DNA from: Actinomycetota bacterium
GTDB lineage: Bacteria; Actinomycetota; Thermoleophilia; Gaiellales; Gaiellaceae
Direction of reading: 5' to 3'
DNA: 25,312 nt
Assembly (NCBI GenBank): GCA_013695295.1
Contig: JACDAS010000208.1
Span: 1-25,312, forward strand
Below, one piece after another: positions 1-9,149 of the stretch (position 1 is the first letter of the stretch; each line of letters starts with the position of its first letter). The position numbers were made by a program, and so were the translations under genes. The notes under the pieces were generated by a model. It ran no database searches. It was not told the origin of the DNA and saw only the letters and a list, made by a program, of their open reading frames with translations.

Positions 1-26
1 AAAAGCCCCGCGTTAGCAGGGCTTTT
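1..26 (-). terminator. Intrinsic terminator hairpin downstream of tRNA-Glu
   Basis: AAAAGCCC (1-8) and GGGCTTTT (19-26) are inverted repeats; the minus strand ends in a T run at the window edge, 3 nt past the tRNA CCA. Confidence 0.7.
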
Positions 27-29
27 CTG

Positions 30-106
30 TGGTAGGCGCATACGGGATTCGAACCCGTGCCGCCGCCGTGAGAGGGCGGTGTCCTAGGCCACTAGACGAA
101 TGCGCC
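30..106 (-). tRNA. tRNA-Glu, anticodon CTC
   Basis: Minus strand folds GGCGCAT-TC-GTCT/AGTGGCCTA/GGAC-A-CCGCC/CTCTCAC/GGCGG-CGGC-ACGGG/TTCGAAT/CCCGT-ATGCGCC-TA-CCA. One extra base precedes ACCA (see findings). Confidence 0.95.
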
Positions 107-116
107 CGCGGGCGAA

Positions 117-122
117 AGTGTA
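117..122 (-). promoter_or_regulatory. Putative -10 box (TACACT) of tRNA-Glu
   Basis: TANNNT hexamer 10 nt upstream of the mature tRNA 5' end, within a 23-nt intergenic gap. Confidence 0.6.
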
Positions 123-129
123 GCGACGC

Positions 130-1443
130 TCAGCCGGGCTCCACGACCGCGGGGCCGGGCTCGGCTGCGGCGATCGCGTCCGCGCTGAGCGGCCCGCTGT
201 AGGGATAGCGGTCGCTGAGCAGGAACAGGTAGGCGTTGACCTGGCCGGCGTACCCGAGGGCGTAAGCGCCGGCGTCTCGCAGGCCCTCCGGCATCCGGCC
301 GCGGGCGAGTGAGGCGAACCACCCCAGAAGGCCCGCGACCCCGAGCAGCCCGCCGACCGCGGCGTTGATCAGGAGCGCCGGGAGTCCGAGCAGGATCCGG
401 AACGCCGTCACCAGGCGGTGCTGCGGGCGGAAGGGGTCGAGCTCGAGGTCGATCGGGTAGCTGCCCGCCCGGCCCGTGAAGCCGGGGAACTGGTTGCCGA
501 TCAGAAACAGGAAGGCGGTGACGTGCGTCGAGTAGCGGACGAACGCAGCCAGGAATCGCGCAAACGGCCGCGGCGAGCGCCCGATCGCGAGCGTGGCGAA
601 CCAGTTCAGGACGGCGACGATCAGCGCCACAACGGCCCAGAGCAAGAGCCAGACGAAGTGCGGGAAGGCGAGCAGGAGGCGGAAGAACACCGTCAGGCGC
701 GAGCGCCGCAGCTCGCCGTCCGAGACGACGAGCCGGGCGGGCGGATGCGGCGGACTCTCGCCCTCGTGGCCCTGCACGCGCCCCAGGTGATGACCCGGGC
801 TCGAGTTCGGGTAGCGGTCGGTGAGGATGAACAGGTAGGCGGAGAGCTGCCCGCTGTAGCCGAGGCTCCACGCGCCGAGGTCTCGGAGGCCGCGTGAGGC
901 ACGCCCGCGGGCGAGCGCGGCGAACCAGAGCAGGAACCCGACGGTGAAGAGGATCCCCCCCCGGAAGGAGCCGTAGCTGGTGGGCCCGCCCGCGGCGCCG
1001 ACGAAGACGAGGCCGATCAGGATCGCCGGGATCGCGAGCAGGAGCCGGAAGCCGACTGTCCACCGGTTCTGCCGCTCGGGCGGGGCGATCTCGAGGTCGA
1101 CGGGGTACCCCTTGCTCTGGTCTCCGAGGTAGAAGGCCGGGAAGGGGTTCGCGGCGAGGAAGAGGTAGGCCTCGACGTGGGTCAGGTAGCGGAGGTAGCC
1201 CGCGAGGAAGCTGTGGATGCCGTCCGGAGTCTGTCCACGGAAGAGCACGACCCACCAGTTGACGAAGCAGAGCACGCCCGCCACGACGCCGAAGAGCGCC
1301 GCCCAGAAAAGGTGTGGCAGCGCCAGGAAGAGGCGGAAGCCGACGGTCAGGCGGGAACGCTGCAGATCGTCCGAGACGACGAGGCGGACGGGATGCCCGG
1401 GTGAGGGGCCGTCCGCGACGATCGGCGGCTGGGCCACGTCCAC
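130..1443 (-). CDS. DUF4389-like repeat membrane protein (four related units)
   Basis: 437-aa ORF with four related hydrophobic units (R.TV.FRL.LA.P ... F..L..G..P.G ... AYLFL....YP/FP). GTG start lies 6 nt after TAGGGT. Confidence 0.8.
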   Translation of the reverse strand: MDVAQPPIVADGPSPGHPVRLVVSDDLQRSRLTVGFRLFLALPHLFWAALFGVVAGVLCFVNWWVVLFRGQTPDGIHSFLAGYLRYLTHVEAYLFLAANPFPAFYLGDQSKGYPVDLEIAPPERQNRWTVGFRLLLAIPAILIGLVFVGAAGGPTSYGSFRGGILFTVGFLLWFAALARGRASRGLRDLGAWSLGYSGQLSAYLFILTDRYPNSSPGHHLGRVQGHEGESPPHPPARLVVSDGELRRSRLTVFFRLLLAFPHFVWLLLWAVVALIVAVLNWFATLAIGRSPRPFARFLAAFVRYSTHVTAFLFLIGNQFPGFTGRAGSYPIDLELDPFRPQHRLVTAFRILLGLPALLINAAVGGLLGVAGLLGWFASLARGRMPEGLRDAGAYALGYAGQVNAYLFLLSDRYPYSGPLSADAIAAAEPGPAVVEPG

Positions 1444-1469
1444 GGTGTGACCCTAGTCAACCATCCAGC

Positions 1470-2408
1470 TCAGGGCTCGGCCAGGCGCTCCTCCGGGCGG
1501 ACGACACGGCGCCAGCGGAGGGTGCGGAGCATCACGAGGATCGCCGTGAAGCCCAGGAGGAGGTTGGCGGCGACGGTCGCGACGTGCATCCCGACGCTGA
1601 AGGTGAGCACCGTGCTGGTCGCGATCTCGTCCCTGTAGATGTAGACGAGGAGCCCCTGGACGGTGCCGACGCCGCCAGGCGTAAACGGGAGCAGGGTCGA
1701 GATGCTCTGCACGATCAGGACGATCAGCGCGTTGTGCGCGGTAGCGGGCATGTGGAACGCCTCGAGGAAGAAGTAGACCGAGGCGAAGCGGAAGCTCCAG
1801 CTGAGCGCCTGCCAGGAGACGACCCGAGTCACGTAGCGACGCGGGTCGTGGAGGATCGCGAACCCCTGCCGCACCCGCTCCCAAAACGACTGCAGGCGCC
1901 GCTCCGCGAGCACGAACGCCGCCGCTATGGCGATCAACGCCAGGCCCGCGATGACGATCGAGGCATTCGGATGCCGCGGGATCCAGCTCCAGTCGATCGT
2001 CGGCAGGTCCGGCAGGACGTCGAGGCCCGGGAGGGCGCCGATCGCGAAACCCCAGAGGATCAGACTCCCAGCCAGCACCGAGTCGAACAGGGTCTCCGGC
2101 AAGAGGGTCGCACCGAGCGTGGGGTAGGTCGAGCCCTCGACGCGCCGCTTCGCGAGGAAGAGTCTCAGGAGGTCGCCTCCGCGCGCGGGCGTGATCGAGT
2201 TGACGCCGACCCCTGCGACGTAGGCACCGAACAGACCTCGCCGGGGCACGTCCGTCCCCGGGTAGGCGGCCCGGATGATGTGCCGCCACGCGAGCACGCG
2301 GACGCCGAGGCGCAGGAAGTGGAGAGCGAGCGCGATCCCGAGCGCCGCCCACCCGATCTCGCCCAGGCTCGAGAGGAAGCGCTCGACGGCGTGGTAGAAG
2401 GTCTCCAT
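1470..2408 (-). CDS. Lysylphosphatidylglycerol synthase TM / flippase-like (YbhN/UPF0104) membrane protein
   Basis: Multi-TM protein with NSITPARGGDLLR and LPFTPGGVGT motifs typical of the family. ATG at 2408 is preceded by GAAGGAGG, so the start is moved from the track's 2432. Confidence 0.85.
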   Translation of the reverse strand: METFYHAVERFLSSLGEIGWAALGIALALHFLRLGVRVLAWRHIIRAAYPGTDVPRRGLFGAYVAGVGVNSITPARGGDLLRLFLAKRRVEGSTYPTLGATLLPETLFDSVLAGSLILWGFAIGALPGLDVLPDLPTIDWSWIPRHPNASIVIAGLALIAIAAAFVLAERRLQSFWERVRQGFAILHDPRRYVTRVVSWQALSWSFRFASVYFFLEAFHMPATAHNALIVLIVQSISTLLPFTPGGVGTVQGLLVYIYRDEIATSTVLTFSVGMHVATVAANLLLGFTAILVMLRTLRWRRVVRPEERLAEP

Positions 2409-2430
2409 CCTGCGCGCCTCCTTCGCGACC

Positions 2431-2457
2431 AAAAAAGCCCTGCTCCCGCAGGGCTTT
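2431..2457 (-). terminator. Intrinsic terminator downstream of tRNA-Gln
   Basis: Perfect 10-bp stem AAAGCCCTGC-TCCC-GCAGGGCTTT (2434-2457); the minus strand ends in six T. Confidence 0.8.
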
Positions 2458-2465
2458 CATCCAGG

Positions 2466-2536
2466 CTGCGGGGCTAGGATTCGAACCTAGACTACTCGGT
2501 CCAGAGCCGAGCGTCCTACCGTTAGACGACCCCGCA
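2466..2536 (-). tRNA. tRNA-Gln, anticodon CTG (CCA not encoded)
   Basis: TGCGGGG-TC-GTCT/AACGGTA/GGAC-G-CTCGG/CTCTGGA/CCGAG-TAGT-CTAGG/TTCGAAT/CCTAG-CCCCGCA-G, followed by CCT. Confidence 0.95.
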
Positions 2537-2547
2537 AAGGGGCGGCA

Positions 2548-2553
2548 ATTGTA
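2548..2553 (-). promoter_or_regulatory. Putative -10 box (TACAAT) of tRNA-Gln
   Basis: Near-consensus -10 hexamer 11 nt upstream of the tRNA 5' end. Confidence 0.65.
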
Positions 2554-2577
2554 GCCCAGGGTGGATCGAGCATCGGA

Positions 2578-3465
2578 CTACGTCTCGAGCCGGTACACCG
2601 GAACGAGGCTCTTCTCCGCCTCCGTGTCGATATGGGCGATCACCTCGACGTAGGGCTCCAGCCCGGAGCCTCGCAGCTTCGCCTTCAGCAGCCCGTCGAC
2701 CTGATAGATCCCCGAGGAGTTGTTCATCAGGATCTCGATCCTGATCGGCCGCTCCTGCCCGTCGGTGATCGTCACGTCCTCGATCGCCGCCGCCGACAGC
2801 GAGTGGATCGAGACCCGTCCACGCTCGAACGGGATGCGCGAGCGGCCCTGCTCCATGTCGAGCGCGTCCGCAACCCGGACGATCCCGGCCTCGAGCGTCA
2901 ACGGCTTGCCGTACTCGCGGTGGCTCGTGATCGCCTGGAGGACCTCGGCCGCGATCACGGTGGTGTCCGGCTCCTCGTACAGCTCCCGGAGGAGCTCGCG
3001 CACCTTCGGCTCGGCCAGGAAGAGGCTGAAGTCCTCGTGCCCGTCGCGGTGGACGGCCATCCCGATGCAGTGGAGGAGCGCGGCAAGTGTCACCACGACC
3101 TCCGCGTCCTCGACAGCCATCCCGTAGTCGCGCACCATCGCCGGTGAGACTCGGTGCTTCGTCAGCTGGCGCAGGAGCTTCAGCGCGACATTCGTGACGA
3201 TCTGGATGTGCACCCAGGAGTGGTCGTTGATCTCGAGCCGGGCGACCGCGTTCACGTTGGCTACGTGCCACCAGCCCTTCAACTGGCGGTCAGCATTGAC
3301 CCGCTCGACGATCGTCCGCAGCTTGCGGTTGCCGCGCGTCGGGATGTTGATCCGCATCCGCTCGACCGCCTGGGCGGGAGTGAGGCGGGTCTCGTGCTCT
3401 GCCTCCTCCGAGACCGGCTGGTCGATCCGCTGCTCGGTCTCGGGATCGAGCGGGGTCTCGTCCAT
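2578..3465 (-). CDS. HD-superfamily metal-dependent phosphohydrolase (COG3294-like), HC variant
   Basis: Real C-terminal 295 aa of track ORF 2578..5217: INDHSWVH, LLHCIGMAVHR, ADALDM. ATG 3465 lies 8 nt after TAGGCT. Confidence 0.8.
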   Translation of the reverse strand: MDETPLDPETEQRIDQPVSEEAEHETRLTPAQAVERMRINIPTRGNRKLRTIVERVNADRQLKGWWHVANVNAVARLEINDHSWVHIQIVTNVALKLLRQLTKHRVSPAMVRDYGMAVEDAEVVVTLAALLHCIGMAVHRDGHEDFSLFLAEPKVRELLRELYEEPDTTVIAAEVLQAITSHREYGKPLTLEAGIVRVADALDMEQGRSRIPFERGRVSIHSLSAAAIEDVTITDGQERPIRIEILMNNSSGIYQVDGLLKAKLRGSGLEPYVEVIAHIDTEAEKSLVPVYRLET

Positions 3466-3476
3466 GACGAAAGAGC

Positions 3477-5278
<1,802 letters not shown>

Positions 5279-5282
<4 letters not shown>

Positions 5283-5455
5283 CGTCGTCCCGTCTCGGTG
5301 GGTACGACGGTCTGCCGGTGGGCCGCTGGGGTTGAGCGGCCGCACCGGCAGAGCCGCCGCGGCCTCTTCGGGGCGGCGTCGCGAGCGAGCGCCTTCACGT
5401 CCGCGCTCTCTTTGTTGACGCGTCTGGCACGGGAGACCCCACCTCCCCGACCCAT
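5279..5455 (-). CDS. Candidate 58-aa basic small protein (not in ORF track)
   Basis: MGRGGGVSRARRVNKESADVKALARDAAPKRPRRLCRCGRSTPAAHRQTVVPTETGRR. TAGGCT box (5462-5467) is 6 nt before the ATG, and the TGA overlaps the ATG of the next ABC gene. Confidence 0.45.
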
Positions 5456-5489
5456 GGCGCGAGCCTAATCCGGAAAATCGCCGTCGTGG

Positions 5490-5521
5490 GTGCCGGTTTC
5501 GTGCCGGTTTCGTGCCGGGTC
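5490..5521. repeat. Short tandem repeat (GTGCCGGTTTC)x2 plus GTGCCGGGTC
   Basis: 11-nt units at 5490-5500 and 5501-5511 and a degenerate third copy at 5512-5521, just after the ABC stop codon. Confidence 0.75.
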
Positions 5522-5525
5522 GCGG

Positions 5526-7307
5526 TCACGAGGCGGCGGCCGCCTCGACGGCCTCGACGACCCGATGTCCCAGCAGGCCGTGCTCGTGGATCTCGCGGTA
5601 GACGTCGCTCGCCTCGATCAGGTCGGCATGGGTTCCGCGCGCTGCGATTCGGCCCTGGTCGAGCACGACGATCTCGTCCGCCAGCGCGATCGTCGAGAGC
5701 CGGTGCGCGATGATCAGCGTCGTCCGGCCGCGCATCGCCTCGCGGAGGCCGAGCCGGATCCGGGCCTCGGTGGTTGCGTCGACCGAGGCGGTCGCATCGT
5801 CGAGGATCAGGATCCGCGGATCGACGACCAGCGCTCGCGCGATCGCGAGGCGCTGCCGCTGCCCGCCCGACAGGGTGATTCCGCGTTCGCCGATGACGGT
5901 GTCGTAGCCCTGCGGCAGCTCCTCGATGAACTCGCTCGCCTGCGCGAGCCGGGCCGCGTCGGCCACGTCTTCGTCGGTCGCGTCGGGCGCCCCGAAGGCG
6001 ATGTTCTCGCGCACCGTGGCCGAGAAGAGAAACGAGTCCTGCGAGACGACGCCGATCGCGCGACGCAGCGACGTGAGGCGCGCGTTCCGGACGTCGACCC
6101 CGTCGATCGTCACCCGCCCCGCACTGACGTCGTAGAAGCGCGGGACGAGCGCGGTCAGCGCCGTCTTGCCCGAGCCGGTGTGCCCGATCAGCGCGATCGT
6201 GCGGCCGGCTCCGACCTCCAGGTCGATCCCCTCGAGCACCGGCCGGCCGGGGGCATACTCGAAGCCGACCTCTTCGAAGCGGATCGCACCGCCGCCAGGG
6301 GGGAGCTCGACGGCGTCCGGGCGCTCGGAGATCTCCTCGGGCTCGTCCAGCACCTCGAAGATTCGCTCGCCGGACGCGGTCGCCCGCTGGGCCTGGCCGA
6401 TCCACATCCCGAGCATGCGCAAGGGCATCACGAGCATCGTCACGAGCACGTTGAACGCCACGAAGTCTCCGATCGAGAGCGTGCCAGCGACGACCATGTG
6501 CCCGCCCGCGAACAAGACCCCACCCTGCGCGAGGAGCGGGATGAAGGCGATCAGCGGCACGTAGAACGCCCGCTGGCGGTTCGCCTTGACGGTCTGTGCG
6601 AAGACGGCCTCGGAGCGGCGCTCGAACTTCGCCTGCTCCTCGGGCTCCTGGGCGAAGGACTTGACGACGTGGACGCCGACGATGTTCTCCTCCGCGACGG
6701 TCGCGACGTCGGCCATCCGTTGCTGGACGTCCCGGAGCGTCGGGTGCGAGATGTGGCTGTAGCGGTAGGCGAGCCCGACGAGGACGGGCCCGATCGCGAG
6801 CGGGATCAGCGCGAGCCGCCACTCCATCCAGAAGAGCACCGCCGTGACGCCGACCAGCGTCAGGACGTGCTGGAAGAAGAAGATCAGGCCGTAGCCGAGG
6901 AAGAAGCGGACGGCCTGCAGGTCGACCGTGGCCCGCGACATCAGCTGGCCCGTCTGGTGGCGGTCGTAGAAGCCGAACGAGAGCCGGACGAGCTTCGCGT
7001 AGAGCGCGTTTCGCATGTCGAACTCGACGCCGAGAGCCTGCCTGCCGGAGATGAACCTCCGACCGACCATCAGCACCGCCTTGACGAGGCCCAGTCCGAG
7101 GATGAGGGAGACGAGGAGCCAGAGCTCGTGGCGGTCGTGTGGTCTGATCGCCCGGTCGATCACCCAGCCGCTCGCCCGGACGAGCACGATCTGGACTCCC
7201 TGCGAGCCCGCGGCGAGCACGACCGAGACGATCAGGGAGACCTTGTAGGGGCGCAGGAAACCGAGCAGGCGGACGAACGTGCGGCGATTTTGAGGCGTCC
7301 CGGTCAC
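5526..7307 (-). CDS. ABC exporter half-transporter (TMD+NBD), subunit with non-canonical Walker B
   Basis: Walker A GHTGSGKT, signature LSGGQRQ, Walker B ILILDD (Asp replaces the catalytic Glu), IAHRLST. GTG start 6 nt after TAGATT. Confidence 0.92.
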   Translation of the reverse strand: MTGTPQNRRTFVRLLGFLRPYKVSLIVSVVLAAGSQGVQIVLVRASGWVIDRAIRPHDRHELWLLVSLILGLGLVKAVLMVGRRFISGRQALGVEFDMRNALYAKLVRLSFGFYDRHQTGQLMSRATVDLQAVRFFLGYGLIFFFQHVLTLVGVTAVLFWMEWRLALIPLAIGPVLVGLAYRYSHISHPTLRDVQQRMADVATVAEENIVGVHVVKSFAQEPEEQAKFERRSEAVFAQTVKANRQRAFYVPLIAFIPLLAQGGVLFAGGHMVVAGTLSIGDFVAFNVLVTMLVMPLRMLGMWIGQAQRATASGERIFEVLDEPEEISERPDAVELPPGGGAIRFEEVGFEYAPGRPVLEGIDLEVGAGRTIALIGHTGSGKTALTALVPRFYDVSAGRVTIDGVDVRNARLTSLRRAIGVVSQDSFLFSATVRENIAFGAPDATDEDVADAARLAQASEFIEELPQGYDTVIGERGITLSGGQRQRLAIARALVVDPRILILDDATASVDATTEARIRLGLREAMRGRTTLIIAHRLSTIALADEIVVLDQGRIAARGTHADLIEASDVYREIHEHGLLGHRVVEAVEAAAAS

Positions 7308-7316
7308 ACTCCCAAT

Positions 7317-7940
7317 CTAGCCACCGGGTTCCATGCTCCCGAGACGCCCGAGCTCCCGGCGGACGAGTGCCGCGGCCTGGTCGAGGCGGGCGCGGTTCGC
7401 GGCGTCGTTCAGCCAACCGCTGGCACCGGAGGGATGGGGGAGGGGCACGACCCTGCATCCCCCGAGCTCGAACGTCGCCCCGACGCACTCGCTGATGCTT
7501 CCGAATCCGAGCAGGCGGCGCGCCGCGAGTCCGCCGACGGTCACGACCAGCTCGGGGCGGAGCAGGCGGAGCTCCCATTCGCGCCAGAACGCGCACAGGG
7601 CCTGCTCGCGCGGGGTGGGGGTGCGGTCGCCGCGCCCCGTCTCGGGCCTGCCCGGGTAGCAGCGCGTGACCGAGGCGCAGTAGAAGGTGGCGTAGAACTG
7701 CTCCTCGTCGAGGTCGAGCCAGCGGCGGAGCGTCCGGCCGGCGCGTCCGCGCCAGGGGCGCCGCTCCTCGCCCTCCACGACGCCGGGCGCCTGGCCGAGC
7801 AGGTACGCACGCTGCTCCGCATGCCCGTGGACGACCGGCAGCGACTCGAGCGGGTACCCCGCCTCGGCGCACGCGCGGCAGACGCGGTTGTCGCGCTGGA
7901 GCGACGCGAGCGACCGGTACGAGGAGCGACGGCGGGTCAC
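7317..7940 (-). CDS. Uracil-DNA glycosylase superfamily protein
   Basis: Motifs CRAC, GQAPG, PWRGRAG, RCYPG and PLPHPSG resemble family 4/5-type UDG motifs A and B; GTGA coupling to the upstream remnant. Subfamily not assigned. Confidence 0.85.
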   Translation of the reverse strand: MTRRRSSYRSLASLQRDNRVCRACAEAGYPLESLPVVHGHAEQRAYLLGQAPGVVEGEERRPWRGRAGRTLRRWLDLDEEQFYATFYCASVTRCYPGRPETGRGDRTPTPREQALCAFWREWELRLLRPELVVTVGGLAARRLLGFGSISECVGATFELGGCRVVPLPHPSGASGWLNDAANRARLDQAAALVRRELGRLGSMEPGG

Positions 7941-8182
7941 GCCCGCACGACGGCGAACCTGCCCTCGTGGAGCACGTTGCCGCCGCCGAGCTCGGCCGCG
8001 AGCTCCGCTCCCTTGAAGTACCGCTTGTAGACCTCCCAGCGGGAGCCGTCGTTCAGCAGGCGCTCCTGCCGCTGCACGGGTGCCTCGGCCGGGCGGAAGT
8101 GCGAGTCGCAGACGACGAGCTCGGGAGCCACCCGTCTCGCCTCCGAGAGGAACCGGAGCCGGTCGGGCTCCTCGAGATGGCC
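7937..8182 (-). pseudogene. 3' half of a class I SAM-dependent methyltransferase-like gene, 5' half missing
   Basis: GHLEEPDRLRFLSEARRVAPELVVCDS...RLLNDGSRWEVYKRYF resembles the C-terminal half of small class I MTases. There is no GxGxG motif, and coding sequence stops abruptly where a repeat copy begins (about 8182). Family call is from recall only. Confidence 0.6.
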
Positions 8183-8244
8183 TCTGCCCCTGATCCGTCC
8201 GAACTGACCGGGCGAGCGCGTGGGATTCAGACCCACGCTCCTAG
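8182..8244. repeat. Truncated (right-hand ~60 nt) copy of the 16079-16373 repeat unit
   Basis: CTCTGCCCCTGATCCGTCCGAACTGACCGGGCGAGCGCGTGGGATTCAGACCCACGCTCCTAG aligns with CTCTGCCCGTGATCCGTCTGAACCGACC...GAGCG...CACGCTCCTAG of the array. Confidence 0.9.
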
Positions 8245-8248
8245 ACTA
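8242..8248. promoter_or_regulatory. Overlapping divergent -10 boxes TAGACT (+, 8242-8247) and TAGTCT (-, 8248-8243)
   Basis: Each hexamer lies exactly 6 nt before a GTG (8254 on +, 8236 on -). Confidence 0.5.
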
Positions 8249-8253
8249 CGCGC

Positions 8254-9126
8254 GTGTCGCGGCCGCTCGAGTCGGTTCCGAACTTCTCCGAGGGCCGCGA
8301 CCGGGATGTGTTGGAGCAGCTCGGTGCGGCGCTCGCCGGGCCCGCACGGCTACTCGACCTTCACGCAGATCCCGACCATCACCGGTCGGTCTTCACGCTC
8401 GTGGGGGACGACGAGCAGCTGCTCGAGGGGCTCGTCGCCGGTGTCTCGCTCGCGCGCGAGCTGATCGATCTGCGCCGGCACGCGGGAGCCCATCCCCGGG
8501 TGGGTGCCGCCGACGTCGTGCCCGTCGTACCGATCGACGAGGACGACCTCGGGCGCGCCCGCACGGTTGCGCTGGCGCTCGGGCGCCGCGTGGGCGAGGA
8601 CGTCGGACTGCCCGTCTTCCTCTACGGCGAGCTCGCCCCGGGGCGCGGGCCAGCGTTCTTCCGACGGGGCGGACCCGCGGAGCTCCAGCGGCGGCTCGAC
8701 GCGGGGGAGCTGCGACCCGACTTCGGCCCGTCCAGCCTCGACCCGCGCGCCGGCTGCGTGCTCGTCGGCGCCAGGCGGGCGCTGATCGCGTTCAACGTCA
8801 ACCTGCGCGGCGACGTCGAGCTCGCGCGCACTGTCGCGTCGCTCGTGCGCGAGCGTGACGGCGGGTTCCCCGGCGTCCGCGCGCTCGGCCTCGACCTCCC
8901 GGGCGCGGGTCTCGCGCAGGTGAGCATGAATATCGAGGACTGGCGCGCGACCGCTCTGCACGAGCTGGTGGAGCGGATCGATCGTGAGGTGCGCGGGCGC
9001 GGGGGGGAGGTGGTGGGCTCGGAGCTCGTGGGGCTGATGCCGGCGGCCGCCGCGGCCGCCGCCGCGGGAGCGGCACTTCGCATCGAGGGATTCGATGCGA
9101 CGCGTCTCCTCGAGCTCCGTCTCTGA
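8254..9126 (+). CDS. ftcD: Glutamate formimidoyltransferase (formiminotransferase domain of FTCD, no cyclodeaminase domain)
   Basis: ESVPNFSEGRD, DPDHHRSVFT, HPRVGAADVVP, LIAFNVNL and QVSMN are characteristic formiminotransferase motifs; close to hutHUI. Confidence 0.92.
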   Translation: MSRPLESVPNFSEGRDRDVLEQLGAALAGPARLLDLHADPDHHRSVFTLVGDDEQLLEGLVAGVSLARELIDLRRHAGAHPRVGAADVVPVVPIDEDDLGRARTVALALGRRVGEDVGLPVFLYGELAPGRGPAFFRRGGPAELQRRLDAGELRPDFGPSSLDPRAGCVLVGARRALIAFNVNLRGDVELARTVASLVRERDGGFPGVRALGLDLPGAGLAQVSMNIEDWRATALHELVERIDREVRGRGGEVVGSELVGLMPAAAAAAAAGAALRIEGFDATRLLELRL

Positions 9127-9149
9127 CGGAGCTTGTCGAGACGGTTGGC

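Noticed and set aside
1-2536. Integrated element (att sites) at tRNA-Glu or tRNA-Gln
   Set aside because: No integrase and no duplicated tRNA 3' end in the window; sequence beyond position 1 is not visible.
5490-8030. 846-aa plus-strand ORF, and other long antisense or alternate-frame ORFs (5395..7872, 13518..15398, 18495..20180, 21575..23314, 9225..10727)
   Set aside because: Shadow ORFs of well-supported genes, expected in very GC-rich DNA; low-complexity Arg/Pro/Gly translations with no motifs.
9127-9149. Bidirectional terminator between ftcD and the oxidoreductase
   Set aside because: No stable stem with a U-tract in the 23-nt gap.
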